A DNA stretch of 64,000 nt from an uncultured Actinomycetota bacterium (lineage in GTDB: Bacteria; Actinomycetota; Actinomycetes; Propionibacteriales; Nocardioidaceae): contig CAWBNN010000002.1 of the NCBI GenBank assembly GCA_963790145.1, positions 136,444 to 200,443 of the forward strand, read 5' to 3'. The translations under genes and the position numbers were made by a program. The notes under the pieces were generated by a model. That model did not search any database, had not been told where the DNA came from, and was given only the letters and a program-made list of their open reading frames with translations. Position 1 is the stretch's first letter; every line of letters begins with the position of its first letter. Shown in pieces: positions 39,545 through 49,267 of the stretch.

Positions 39545-40333
39545 TCAGGCGTCGACCATTGTCGAGCCGCCGGGATCCACCCACACGACGCGGTCGGCAT
39601 ACGGTGACGCGGCGAGCACCTGCTCCGCCTCTGCGCGGCCCTGCTGGAAGTGTGACCAACCCTCGTAGTGCACCGGCACGACGGCGGACGGCGTGACAAG
39701 GTCGAGCAGCTCGGCGCCCTGCCTGGCGTCCATCGAGTAGCGAAACCACCCGGTCAGATAGCGGAAACGCACCGAACCGAGGTGCATCAGCATCGTGCCG
39801 ATGTCGAGGCGGGTGGCGACGTCTCGCAGTCCGCCGAAGAGCACGGTGTCGCCGGTCATCCAGAACGCGCCGTGCTGCTGGCCGGCCCACTGGAGCGCGA
39901 AGCCGACCACCGGGCCGGTGATCGGGTTGAGGGCAACAGGACCGTGCTGGCACGGCGTCGCGGTGACCGTGATGGTCTCCTTGCCCGGCGCCTCGAGGGT
40001 CCACGTGTCCCAGGCCGCGAGGCCGATCGCTCCGCCGCCGAGCTTCTTGGCGGCCTTCTTGGTCGTCAGCACCGTGCCCAGCTTCGGGAGCATCGAGATG
40101 CCGGTGGGATCGAGGTTGTCGGCGTGATGGTGGTGGCTGATCAGCACCGCGTCGATCGGGCCGAGGTCGTCAGGCTTGATCGACGGGCCGGCGAGCTTGC
40201 TCGACATCGTGCCCCACCCGAAGAAGTAGCGCCTGCCGGGCGGGTCGAACGTCGGATCGGTGAGGATGCGCCATCCACCGAACTCGACCAGGGCGGTGGG
40301 CCCTCCGACGTGGGTGACGGTGACAGCGGTCAT
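39545..40333 (-). CDS. MBL-fold metallo-hydrolase
   Basis: ILTDP, SHHHHADNLD, GDT, PVHYEGW. Confidence 0.9.
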   Translation of the reverse strand: MTAVTVTHVGGPTALVEFGGWRILTDPTFDPPGRRYFFGWGTMSSKLAGPSIKPDDLGPIDAVLISHHHHADNLDPTGISMLPKLGTVLTTKKAAKKLGGGAIGLAAWDTWTLEAPGKETITVTATPCQHGPVALNPITGPVVGFALQWAGQQHGAFWMTGDTVLFGGLRDVATRLDIGTMLMHLGSVRFRYLTGWFRYSMDARQGAELLDLVTPSAVVPVHYEGWSHFQQGRAEAEQVLAASPYADRVVWVDPGGSTMVDA

Positions 40334-40356
40334 GACGCCTCCTTGGGTGCCAGACA

Positions 40357-40402
40357 GCCTACGGGCCGCCCGCCATCCTCAGATGGCGAACGGCCCGTAG
40401 GT
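40357..40402 (-). terminator. Long hairpin after DUF4234 gene
   Basis: CCTACGGGCCG..CGCCATC / GATGGCG..CGGCCCGTAGG. Confidence 0.6.
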
Positions 40403-40412
40403 CGGAGCGTGA

Positions 40413-40832
40413 TCAGGCCTTGGGGGCGCCGACCGACTCCCAGTAGCTGTTGAGCGCACCGTTGGTCTTGACGAACCAGACGATCGCGCCGGCCAGCGGC
40501 AGCAGGATCCACAGACCCGTCACGCCGGAGACCGGAGCTTCGCGGCCGGCCCGCTTGTGCAGGTTGCCGACCTCGCTCGCCATGGTGAACGGAAGCACGA
40601 ATCCGACGAAGATGGCGAGGATCAGCGCGATGGCGCCGCCAAGTCCTTCGCCGGAGTGGCGCTTCATCTCGTCGTGGGTCTTGTAGAAGTAGACCCAGCC
40701 GTAGATTCCGAGGGTGACGATGTAGAGCAGGATCGAGATGCCCGTGCCACGGGTCTGGCCGACGGCTCCCGTGTAGGTGGTCGGCGGCGGCCCGTAGGCG
40801 GGCGGGGTGGTCGGCTCGTTGGTGCTGGACAC
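40413..40832 (-). CDS. DUF4234 family membrane protein
   Basis: ILLYIVTLGIYGWVYFYK..DEM, LNSYW; GAGGA RBS before GTG 40832. Confidence 0.8.
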   Translation of the reverse strand: MSSTNEPTTPPAYGPPPTTYTGAVGQTRGTGISILLYIVTLGIYGWVYFYKTHDEMKRHSGEGLGGAIALILAIFVGFVLPFTMASEVGNLHKRAGREAPVSGVTGLWILLPLAGAIVWFVKTNGALNSYWESVGAPKA

Positions 40833-40928
40833 GATGACTTCCTCAGACTGGTTGGATGAAACGCCAAACCGTAGCGCGTTCAAGCACCCCGCCATGCCGT
40901 TTTGGCGCATCTCGACAGGTCGCGTGAA

Positions 40929-41747
40929 TCACGCCGAGATGAACGACCTCATGCTGATCGCACCCATGTCGATCTCATCGTTGAAGAACTCGATGTCCTC
41001 GCCGTCCTCGAGCAGGCTCAACGCCGCGACCATCGGCCGATAGTGGTCGTCGGTGGGCACGGCAATGCGGGCCTCGGACCACGTCGCATAGGGATTGACC
41101 AGCTTGCTGATCTCTCGATCGCGCAGCGCGACAGCGGTGTCGGCGTCAAACTGCTCGGCCCAGTCCCAAGCCGCACCACCGTCCCACTTGACCCGCCCGA
41201 GGGCGTGGACGATGTTGCCGCTGCCGATGAAGACGACGCCGCGGCGGCGCATCGCGCGGAGGCGGCCGTAGAGCTGGTAGAGCTCGGGCAGCGGCATCGC
41301 GTAGTCGATGCTGATCTGCAGGACCGGGACCTCAGGGGCCGGGGCGAGGTGCTTGAGCACGCTCCAGGTGCCGTGGTCGAGGCCCCATTGCTTGTCGAGC
41401 TCGGCCTCGTACTCGACGAGTTGTTGGGCGAGCAGTCGAGCGACGTCCGCATCACCGACGGTGTCGTACTGCACCCGGTAGAGCTCGTCGGGGAAGCCGC
41501 CGAAGTCGTAGATGATCTTGTTCTTGGGCGCGTCGGTGATGTGGGTCTGCCCTGGGGTCAGCCAGTGGGCACTGATCACGACAATGGCCTGCGCCTCGGG
41601 CAGGCCTTGGCCGACCTCGCTCCACTTCTGCGTGTAGACGTTGTCGGCGATCGCATGCATCGGATTGCCGTGGCCCACGAAGAGCACGGGCATCAGCGGA
41701 CTCGGCTGCAGCCGGTTGTCCAGGTCCGAGATCGAGTAGGTCGCCAT
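40929..41747 (-). CDS. ygiD: 4,5-DOPA extradiol dioxygenase (LigB family)
   Basis: FVGHGNPM, ISAHW, YDFGGFP, GLDHGTW, GSGNIVH, PTDDHY. Confidence 0.93.
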   Translation of the reverse strand: MATYSISDLDNRLQPSPLMPVLFVGHGNPMHAIADNVYTQKWSEVGQGLPEAQAIVVISAHWLTPGQTHITDAPKNKIIYDFGGFPDELYRVQYDTVGDADVARLLAQQLVEYEAELDKQWGLDHGTWSVLKHLAPAPEVPVLQISIDYAMPLPELYQLYGRLRAMRRRGVVFIGSGNIVHALGRVKWDGGAAWDWAEQFDADTAVALRDREISKLVNPYATWSEARIAVPTDDHYRPMVAALSLLEDGEDIEFFNDEIDMGAISMRSFISA

Positions 41748-41763
41748 GATGCCGTTCCTTCAA

Positions 41764-41781
41764 TGGTTGATGATTCAACTA
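41764..41781. promoter_or_regulatory. MarR/RosR-like operator upstream of ygiD
   Basis: Minus strand TAGTTGA-ATCA-TCAACCA. Confidence 0.55.
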
Positions 41782-41786
41782 TAGCA

Positions 41787-42302
41787 TCACCACTGCGGCC
41801 CCGGCTCCTGGCGAAAACGTCGGGGCATCTGGTCGATCTGGTCGACGGCTGCCTGCAGGGACGGCGAATCCCGTGCTCGAAGGTCCAGGCGCGCGCGTCG
41901 GACCGCCCGCATGGCGATGGCCAACGACGTGTAGTGCTGCCCCGGGTCGAGGTGCCAGCCGCGCAGGTAGTTGACGAATCGGCTGACCACACTGATCTGC
42001 ATGCGAGCCTCAGCTGCGGTGGAAGGCAACCGCTCCACAGCGAGAAACCCGGGAAGGCACCGCAAGAGGCCGTCGAGGCCCACGACAGAACGGACGGCTC
42101 CCTCACGCCCGAACTCACGCTCGGCCGCGAGCAAGGTCACCTCGTCGGGCTGGAGCCACGCGCTCATGTCGTCGTTGTCGAGGAACTCGTAGAGGCGATG
42201 GCGCACGCGCGCATAGCGGCGCACGGTCGGCGCTTTCCGCCCCTCGGCGAGTCCCTCGAAGAAGTCGTCGATCAAGGGCCAGCCCGGTTCGTCGATCTCC
42301 AT
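41787..42302 (-). CDS. Hypothetical helical protein, paralog of 61608-62279
   Basis: Only plausible ORF in the gap; aligns by eye with the 61608-62279 product. Confidence 0.7.
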   Translation of the reverse strand: MEIDEPGWPLIDDFFEGLAEGRKAPTVRRYARVRHRLYEFLDNDDMSAWLQPDEVTLLAAEREFGREGAVRSVVGLDGLLRCLPGFLAVERLPSTAAEARMQISVVSRFVNYLRGWHLDPGQHYTSLAIAMRAVRRARLDLRARDSPSLQAAVDQIDQMPRRFRQEPGPQW

Positions 42303-42331
42303 ACCTAGACTCAAGCATCGAGGTCTGACAG

Positions 42332-42979
42332 TCAGGCGGGCCAGACGTTCTCGGCGAGCAGCTCGTCCAACGGGCGTACGGTCGTCCAGCTCTCCTGCTC
42401 GAGCATCGGGCGCGGATAGAACGCGTCGACCGGTCCGAGGCACAAGATCGCGACCGGTTCAGCGTCGTCGGGCGCGCCGATCAGCGCGGCGACCTCATCC
42501 GGTACGAACAGCGACACCCAGCCCATGCCGAGGCCTTCGGCCCGAGCCGCGAGCCAGAGGTTCTGGATCGCGCACGACACCGAGGCCAGGTCCATGTGCG
42601 GCATCGTGCGCCTGCCGAACACGTGTCGCTCCCGATCGTCGCCGAGGGCCACGACGAGCACCTCGGCGCAGTCGAGAATGCCCTGCACCTTGAGCCGCAT
42701 GAACTCCCCGGCGCGCTCCCCCATCGCCTCAGCCGTGCGGCGACGCTCGACCTCGACGTGGTCGTGCAGGGCCTGGCGCAGCTCGGCGTCGGTGACCCTG
42801 ACGATGCGCCACGGCTGCATGAGGCCCACGCTCGGCGCCTGGTGCGCGGCCGCGAGCAGGCGCGCCAGGACGGTCTCGTCGACCGTTCCGCCGGCGAAGT
42901 GCCGCATGTCCCGGCGCTCGGCGATGACGCGGTAGACCGCCTCCCGGTCCTCCTTGTCGTACGCGTGATCGGTCGTCAC
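42332..42979 (-). CDS. bluB: 5,6-dimethylbenzimidazole synthase
   Basis: RRDMRHF, APSVGLMQPW, LKVQGI, CAIQNLWLAARAEG.G.GWVS. Confidence 0.93.
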   Translation of the reverse strand: MTTDHAYDKEDREAVYRVIAERRDMRHFAGGTVDETVLARLLAAAHQAPSVGLMQPWRIVRVTDAELRQALHDHVEVERRRTAEAMGERAGEFMRLKVQGILDCAEVLVVALGDDRERHVFGRRTMPHMDLASVSCAIQNLWLAARAEGLGMGWVSLFVPDEVAALIGAPDDAEPVAILCLGPVDAFYPRPMLEQESWTTVRPLDELLAENVWPA

Positions 42980-44112
42980 TCGGCTCCCACTCCCTGGAGG
43001 ACTCCGCGAGTGAAGTCCTCGAACGTCAACGCATCCGGCGTGGCGGGCCGGGCGCCCAAGCGTACGGCGACGATGCCTTCGGACGGCACGACCGCGACGT
43101 ACTGGTCGCCATAGCCGTACGCCCAGAACGCGTCGTCCGGCACGCTCGGCGCGAGCTGACCCTCGTACGACGGCTTGTCGTTCGGGTAGCCGGCCTGCCT
43201 CAGGACCTCGACGATCCGGCCCTTGCCGTTGACCCACCACAGCAGCCCGTACGCCGCGTTCAGCTCCGACGACGGGCGGGTCGCCTGCTCCACGAAGCCG
43301 GCCGACACGAGCTGCTTGCCGTCCCACGATCCGCGGTTGACCATGAGGTGGCCGACGCGCGCGAGGTCCAGGCAGGTGGACTCGACGCCCGAGAACGTCA
43401 GTGCGTTGCCGGTCCGATCGCGCGCCCACACCGTGTCGCGCATGCCCAGCGGGCCCAGCAGCCGGTCCTGCGCGATCTCGGCAACATCGTCGGTCTCGTC
43501 GATGTCGTCGAGCACCGACTCCAGCGCCTGCGCGGCGGAGTTGTCGTACACCCACGTCGTGCCCGGAGCGCGGTCCTGCGGGAGGTTCACGGCGTACGTC
43601 GTCTTGTCCGCCTCGTCGCGAATCATGCGAGCGTCGGTGGCAGCAGTCCAGCGCCGTCCGGACGTCATCGCCAGCAGGTCGCGCACGCTGATCTCGCCTG
43701 CGGGGCCCGCCCGCCACTCGTCGATCTGCTCGGATGCGGCGTCATCGAGCTCCAGGTAGCCGTCGTCGGCGGCCATGCCGACCAGCAGCGCCGTCAGTGA
43801 CTTGGTGATCGAGTAGACCCGGTGCCGGCCGCGCTCGCTGCCGCCGTGCCAGTACGCGTCGTGGACGAGCTCGCCGTCCTTGACCACGGCGACGCACGTC
43901 GAGCCCGTACGTTCGAGGGTGGCGTCGAGCCTCGACCAGTCACCCTGCTCGTTGCGCTGCCACTCCTGGCCCGGGAACTCCGCAGGCGGCGGAGTCAGCG
44001 ACGGCAAGGTGGCCGTGCGGATCGCCGAGTCGGGCTCGCGGTCGGGCGCGTCACCCGTGCATGCCGCCAGGGCGAGCATCGCCCCCACTGCGAGCACATG
44101 GCCGATCGACAC
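42976..44112 (-). CDS. Serine hydrolase/beta-lactamase family lipoprotein
   Basis: LAAC lipobox, YSITKS (SxxK), YDN, YGLLWW. Confidence 0.9.
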   Translation of the reverse strand: MSIGHVLAVGAMLALAACTGDAPDREPDSAIRTATLPSLTPPPAEFPGQEWQRNEQGDWSRLDATLERTGSTCVAVVKDGELVHDAYWHGGSERGRHRVYSITKSLTALLVGMAADDGYLELDDAASEQIDEWRAGPAGEISVRDLLAMTSGRRWTAATDARMIRDEADKTTYAVNLPQDRAPGTTWVYDNSAAQALESVLDDIDETDDVAEIAQDRLLGPLGMRDTVWARDRTGNALTFSGVESTCLDLARVGHLMVNRGSWDGKQLVSAGFVEQATRPSSELNAAYGLLWWVNGKGRIVEVLRQAGYPNDKPSYEGQLAPSVPDDAFWAYGYGDQYVAVVPSEGIVAVRLGARPATPDALTFEDFTRGVLQGVGAE

Positions 44113-44137
44113 TCCCCCACGATGTCAGACGCATCCT

Positions 44138-44170
44138 GTTCGCCGGGCACACACCTCGGGGCCACCTCTC
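44138..44170 (+). promoter_or_regulatory. Possible PHO-box 11-nt repeat array upstream of phytase
   Basis: GTTCGCCGGGC/ACACACCTCGG/GGCCACCTCTC, degenerate versus the Streptomyces G(G/T)TCAYYY unit. Confidence 0.3.
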
Positions 44171-44199
44171 GGACAGCCCGGCTGGTTAGCGTCTCGCGC

Positions 44200-45483
44200 G
44201 TGACCTCACCCAAGCCCGCATTCGCGGCCATCGCGCTGCTCGCCGTCCCGTCGCTGATCGTCTCCCAGGCGTCCGCGCACCCGCGACCCACCGACCAGCT
44301 CGTCAGCGTCACTGCCACGGCGGAGACGCCCGGCGTCTTCGACGACGATGCCGGCAACAACGGCGACGCCGACGACCCGGCGATCTGGGTCAACCGCCAC
44401 GACGCGTCGCGCAGCGTCGTGATCGGCACCGCCAAGAACGCCGGGCTCAACGTCTACAGCCTCAAGGGCAAGCTGCTGCAGAGCATCGCGGCACCGCCTG
44501 CGCCGGGACCGGACGACGAGGCAGGCCGCTTCAACAACGTCGACATCGTGCACGGCTTCAAGCTCGGCGGGCGCACGGTCGACCTCGCCGTGACCAGCGA
44601 TCGCGGACGGGACCAGATCCGGTCGTACGCCATCGACGCCCGCACCGGACGGCTCACCGACGTGACCGCCGCCAAGGTCCCGCTGGCGTTCTCGGCCGAC
44701 CAGGCGCAGGTCAACGAGCAGGAGACGGTCTACGGACTGACCACGTTCACGGAGCGCGGCACGACGTACGCGGTCGGTACGCGACGGCACCAGACCGACG
44801 TCGGCCTGTTCAAGCTCGCCTCGGTGGCCGGGAAGGTGACGTACAAGAAGGTCGACACGCTCGACTTCCCCTCGTCGTTCCGCCTTCCCAACGACACGAC
44901 CTGGTCGCCGTGCGAGGAGCCCGGCGAGGGTCCGCAGCTCGAGGGCGTCGTCGTCGACGAGGCAGCCGGCACCCTGTATGCCGCGCAGGAGGACATCGGC
45001 CTCTGGCGGGTCAAGGTCGAGCACGGGAAGTTCCATGGCCAGCCGCGCACTGTCGAGCGTACGAAGGAGTTCGGCGTCCCCGCGACGTACGACGAGCAGA
45101 GCGGGGAGTGCGTGCCGACAGGGACTGACCCCGGCTTCGGGGGTCGCATTGCGGCCGACACGGAGGGGCTCACGATCTACGAGACCGGCAAGCGGAGCGG
45201 CACGTTGCTGGTGTCGAGCCAGGGCGACAACACCTTCTACACGTACGACCGGCAGACCAATCGCCCGCTCAAGCACTTCGAGGTCGCCGATGGACCGATC
45301 GCCGACAGCTCGCAGGACTGCGACGGCGCCGACGCGGTCAGCACTCCCCTGCCGGGCTACCCGCACGGGCTGCTCGTCGTGCAGGACGGCGACAACACGC
45401 CGGTCGAGCTCGGCAGCGACGGCGAGGCTCGGGTCGACACCAACTTCAAGTTCGTCGACGCGAGCGTCCTCAAGCACCGATGA
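44200..45483 (+). CDS. Beta-propeller phytase (3-phytase), secreted
   Basis: DADDPAIW, GRFNNVD, QLEGVVVD, DTEGL, SSQGDN, VVQDG, NFK. Confidence 0.93.
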   Translation: MTSPKPAFAAIALLAVPSLIVSQASAHPRPTDQLVSVTATAETPGVFDDDAGNNGDADDPAIWVNRHDASRSVVIGTAKNAGLNVYSLKGKLLQSIAAPPAPGPDDEAGRFNNVDIVHGFKLGGRTVDLAVTSDRGRDQIRSYAIDARTGRLTDVTAAKVPLAFSADQAQVNEQETVYGLTTFTERGTTYAVGTRRHQTDVGLFKLASVAGKVTYKKVDTLDFPSSFRLPNDTTWSPCEEPGEGPQLEGVVVDEAAGTLYAAQEDIGLWRVKVEHGKFHGQPRTVERTKEFGVPATYDEQSGECVPTGTDPGFGGRIAADTEGLTIYETGKRSGTLLVSSQGDNTFYTYDRQTNRPLKHFEVADGPIADSSQDCDGADAVSTPLPGYPHGLLVVQDGDNTPVELGSDGEARVDTNFKFVDASVLKHR

Positions 45484-46126
45484 GGTCGGCGGCGCGCGAG
45501 AAGGCGTTGATCGTCAGGGCACTGTTGCGTACGCCCGACACCGACGCCTGGTGCCAGGCGAGCGGACTGGGGTGCGGGGCAGTGAGGACTGTGTAGTTTC
45601 TCGCGCCGATCTCGCCCCAGGCTCGCTGCGCCTGCTTGCCCAGCAGCACCACCACGCCCACCTCCGTCAGCAGGTCGAGCAGGACCAGCAGGTCGTGACG
45701 GGCGCGGCGGACCTGCGCCATCAGGGTGCGTGGCCCGTGGAGCGATGCCTTCGGGTTGCGCACCCACCACGGGACGACGTTCCAGTGCACCGCGTGGGCG
45801 TAGTCGAGCCCGCCTCTGCGGTGCGCGATCGAGGTGTGCTGGGCAGCGAAGTCGTTGTTGTCGATGCTCACGAAGCCGGAGCCCTCGTCCGCCAGGCATC
45901 GCGGTTCCTCACGCAGGACCAGCACCCTCGCCAGGGTGCCGGCCGAACGCGGATCGAACGACGGGATCGACTCCCCGGTACGGGTCGCGAGATCCCGCGC
46001 CCACCGCTCCAGATCGCGTACATGCGGTTGCTCGAGCTGGCTCCGCCGGTTGGCGATCGAGCCAGGCACGACCAGCTCGTCCAGCAGCGTGCCCGCCTCG
46101 GCGGCGATCCGATTGCGTACGAGCAC
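45470..46126 (-). CDS. Uracil-DNA glycosylase-like protein
   Basis: PSFDP, SGFVSIDNND, WNVVPW, VVLLG, HPSP. Confidence 0.85.
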   Translation of the reverse strand: MLVRNRIAAEAGTLLDELVVPGSIANRRSQLEQPHVRDLERWARDLATRTGESIPSFDPRSAGTLARVLVLREEPRCLADEGSGFVSIDNNDFAAQHTSIAHRRGGLDYAHAVHWNVVPWWVRNPKASLHGPRTLMAQVRRARHDLLVLLDLLTEVGVVVLLGKQAQRAWGEIGARNYTVLTAPHPSPLAWHQASVSGVRNSALTINAFSRAADLIGA

Positions 46127-46254
46127 GACACCCCTTCCAGTTGGTCGGTTTCGCTACCTTGCCCACCCTCGACCCGCCGAAACCATGCCCGCCAGGTCGG
46201 GCCCGGCGTGGGACCCCATGACCGCAAGTTGGAGGGGTGAGCGACAATGGAGGG

Positions 46255-48846
46255 ATGCCTACGTCCACGGATCTGCGCCGGCTGTTGCGCTTCCCCGTGG
46301 AGTTCGTCGCAGGCGAGGACCCAGCTGATTCGCGCTTCGTGTTCCATGCTCCAGACGGCGATCACGAGGCCACGGCCAACGAGTCGATCGGCGCGCTGAG
46401 CCAAGGCATCCGGGTCATGTCGGCCGACCCGTCCGTACGCGCGTGGGCCACGCCGGCGATCCTCGCGCTGCGCATCATGGCGCGGGGCGCGCTGGGCTCG
46501 CCGGACTCGACCGAGCTCAACCAGCTGCAGAACGCCGCCACCGCGATCGACAGCAATGCCGGCCGCGGCCAGGCGACGATCAACGCGTTCCTCAAGGCGC
46601 TCGCCGTCGATGCCCCCGCTGCGGCGTCGACGCCGCAGCGCCAGGCCTACGTCTCGCCGCAGGCCGCCCAGCCCAAGCAGCGCGAGACCACGTTCTCGTG
46701 GACCCTGATGGTGTCGTTCCTCGAGCAGCCGACTCCCACCCAGGCTGCGGTCGTACGCCTGAGGGTGCAGCCGCGCTCCGGCTCGTGGGCTGCGTTCGAC
46801 GCCGGCGACATGTTCGCGGGCTCGACGACGCACCCGCTCGGTCAGGACGCCAAGGAGCCCACCGCGGCCATGCTGCGCCGGCTCGAGCCGTGGTGGTCCC
46901 CCGCCGAGCGCCTGCGCGACCCGCACACCCGCGGCGCGGCGACCGTCAGCCCCGACGAGCTGGCGCGCCTCGGTGAGCGAGCACTCGCCCCGACGCTGAT
47001 GGCCAATCGCATCGAGATCCGCTGGCCACCTGAGCTCGTACGCGAGCTGTCGACGTCTGCGGTCGTACGCCGTGACGAGTCGCCACGATCGGATCGTCCG
47101 TCGGCGTTCACCCAGGGCCAGCTGTTCTCGTTCGACTGGCAGGTCGCGCTCGGCGACGACGTGCTGACGGCGGCCGAGCTCGACCAGCTCGCCCAGTCCC
47201 AGAGCGGCTTGCTGCGGCTGCGCGACCGCTGGGTGTTCGTCGACAAGTCGCGCCTGCAGCGCGTGCTCGAGCAACGGACCCGGGAGATCTCCCCGCTCGA
47301 GGCGCTGAGGGCGACCGTCACCGGCGAGCTCGAGATCGACGGCCGGATGACCGAGGTGGACACGGTCGGCTGGCTCGAGGACGTACGCCGGCGGCTCGCC
47401 GTGCAGGACCGCGACATCGCACCGGCCGTGCAGCCCGACGGGCTCGACGGGACGCTGCGCGACTACCAGCTGCAGGGCCTGCGCTGGATGACGCAGCTGG
47501 TCGACCTGAGCCTCGGCGGCATTCTCGCCGACGACATGGGCCTGGGCAAGACCGTCATGCTGATCGCCCTGCACCTGCAGCGCACCGCCATCACGACGGC
47601 CCCGACGCTCGTCGTGTGCCCGGCATCCGTGCTGGGCAACTGGGAGCGCGAGATCAAGCGCTTCGCGCCGGGCGTCAACGTACGCCGCTATCACGGGCCC
47701 AAGCGGCGACTCGACGGCGTCAAGGACGGATTCCTCGTCACGACATATGCCACGATGCGCTCTGACGCGATCGAGCTGTCGGAGCACCAGCCGGGCTGGG
47801 GACTCGTCGTCGCCGACGAGGCGCAGAACATCAAGAACCCGCACGCTCGCACGGCCCAGGCGATCCGCGGCATACCGGCGCAGGCGCGGCTGGCGCTGAC
47901 CGGCACGCCCGTCGAGAACAACCTCGGCGAGCTGTGGTCGATCCTCGACTGGACCACGCCGGGGCTGCTCGGCACCAACCAGCAGTTCCGCAACACCTGG
48001 TCGCGGGCGATCGAGTCGCGGCGCGACTCCGGCAAGGCGACCGGCTTGTCGCAGCTCATCCGGCCCTTCGTGCTGCGCCGCCGCAAGTCCGACCCCGGCA
48101 TCGCACCGGAGCTGCCGCCCAAGATCGAGACCGATCACCGCATCAACCTCACCCGCGAGCAGGTCGGGCTCTACGAGGCGGTCGTCCGCAGCACGATGAC
48201 GCAGATCGAGAACGCCCAGGGCATCCAGCGCCGCGGCCTCGTGGTCAAGCTGCTGACCCAGCTCAAGCAGATCTGCAACCACCCGGCGCAGTTCCTCCGC
48301 GAGCCCGAAGCCCGCATCACCGGACGCTCGGGCAAGCTCGGCGTCTTCGACGAGCTGGTCGAGGAGATCGTCGCCGAGGACGGCGCGACGCTCGTGTTCA
48401 CGCAGTACGCCCAGATGGGCCGGCTGCTGACGCGGCACCTCGAGGAGAAGAAGATCGGCCACCAGTTCCTCCACGGCGCCACGACGGTGAAGGCGCGGGA
48501 GAAGATGGTGCACAAGTTCCAGAGCGGCGAGGTCCCGGTCTTCGTGCTGTCGCTCAAGGCGGCCGGCGTCGGTCTCAACCTCACCAAGGCCGACCACGTC
48601 ATCCACTACGACCGCTGGTGGAACCCCGCGGTCGAGGACCAGGCCACCGACCGCGCGCACCGCATCGGGCAGACCAAGAACGTCCAGGTGCACCGACTGA
48701 TCAGCGAGGGCACGATCGAGGAGTCGATCGCCGAGCTGATCCGGTCCAAGCGTTCACTCGCCGACGCCGTGGTCAACGGCGGCGAAGGAGCCCTGACCGA
48801 GCTCTCGGACGCCGCGCTCGCCGACCTCGTACGCCTGCGCAAGTAG
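46255..48846 (+). CDS. SNF2-family DEAD/DEAH helicase
   Basis: LADDMGLGKT, DEAQNIKN, LTGTPVEN, WWNPAVEDQATDRAHRIGQ. Confidence 0.96.
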   Translation: MPTSTDLRRLLRFPVEFVAGEDPADSRFVFHAPDGDHEATANESIGALSQGIRVMSADPSVRAWATPAILALRIMARGALGSPDSTELNQLQNAATAIDSNAGRGQATINAFLKALAVDAPAAASTPQRQAYVSPQAAQPKQRETTFSWTLMVSFLEQPTPTQAAVVRLRVQPRSGSWAAFDAGDMFAGSTTHPLGQDAKEPTAAMLRRLEPWWSPAERLRDPHTRGAATVSPDELARLGERALAPTLMANRIEIRWPPELVRELSTSAVVRRDESPRSDRPSAFTQGQLFSFDWQVALGDDVLTAAELDQLAQSQSGLLRLRDRWVFVDKSRLQRVLEQRTREISPLEALRATVTGELEIDGRMTEVDTVGWLEDVRRRLAVQDRDIAPAVQPDGLDGTLRDYQLQGLRWMTQLVDLSLGGILADDMGLGKTVMLIALHLQRTAITTAPTLVVCPASVLGNWEREIKRFAPGVNVRRYHGPKRRLDGVKDGFLVTTYATMRSDAIELSEHQPGWGLVVADEAQNIKNPHARTAQAIRGIPAQARLALTGTPVENNLGELWSILDWTTPGLLGTNQQFRNTWSRAIESRRDSGKATGLSQLIRPFVLRRRKSDPGIAPELPPKIETDHRINLTREQVGLYEAVVRSTMTQIENAQGIQRRGLVVKLLTQLKQICNHPAQFLREPEARITGRSGKLGVFDELVEEIVAEDGATLVFTQYAQMGRLLTRHLEEKKIGHQFLHGATTVKAREKMVHKFQSGEVPVFVLSLKAAGVGLNLTKADHVIHYDRWWNPAVEDQATDRAHRIGQTKNVQVHRLISEGTIEESIAELIRSKRSLADAVVNGGEGALTELSDAALADLVRLRK

Positions 48847-48853
48847 ACGCTCC

Positions 48854-49267
48854 TCACGCCTCGAACGGGTTCACGGTGGTGACCCCACAGTCCTCGAAGT
48901 CGGAGGTGTTGCGCGTCGCAACAGTCGCGCGGTTGACGAAGGCGATGCTGGCGATCTGGGCATCCAGGACCGAGATCGGGCGACCGGACCGCTCGCGGTT
49001 CGCCACGAGCTCGCCGTAGCGGTCAGCGGCCGCGAGATCGAAGGACATCGTCCGATCGGCAATCTGGGAGAACACGGATCGAGCTCGCTCCTGCAGGTCG
49101 TCCCGCCGGCGCCCGTCGGGCAATCGGGCGATGCCGTATGCGATCTCGGCCCGGGTGATGACCGTGGTGTGCAGATCCCCTGGCGAAACACCTGCCAACC
49201 ACCTCGTGACTTCCGGGCCGCCGCCACGCATGAACTCAGAGATCACGTTGGTGTCGAGAATGATCAC
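48854..49267 (-). CDS. vapC: PIN-domain toxin (VapC/FitB)
   Basis: MIILDTNVISE, DAQIA, ATRN..DF, NPF. Confidence 0.94.
   Translation of the reverse strand: MIILDTNVISEFMRGGGPEVTRWLAGVSPGDLHTTVITRAEIAYGIARLPDGRRRDDLQERARSVFSQIADRTMSFDLAAADRYGELVANRERSGRPISVLDAQIASIAFVNRATVATRNTSDFEDCGVTTVNPFEA

Noticed and set aside
45868-48693. 941-aa minus-strand ORF
   Set aside because: Antisense shadow of the SNF2 gene; a typical high-GC artefact with no motifs
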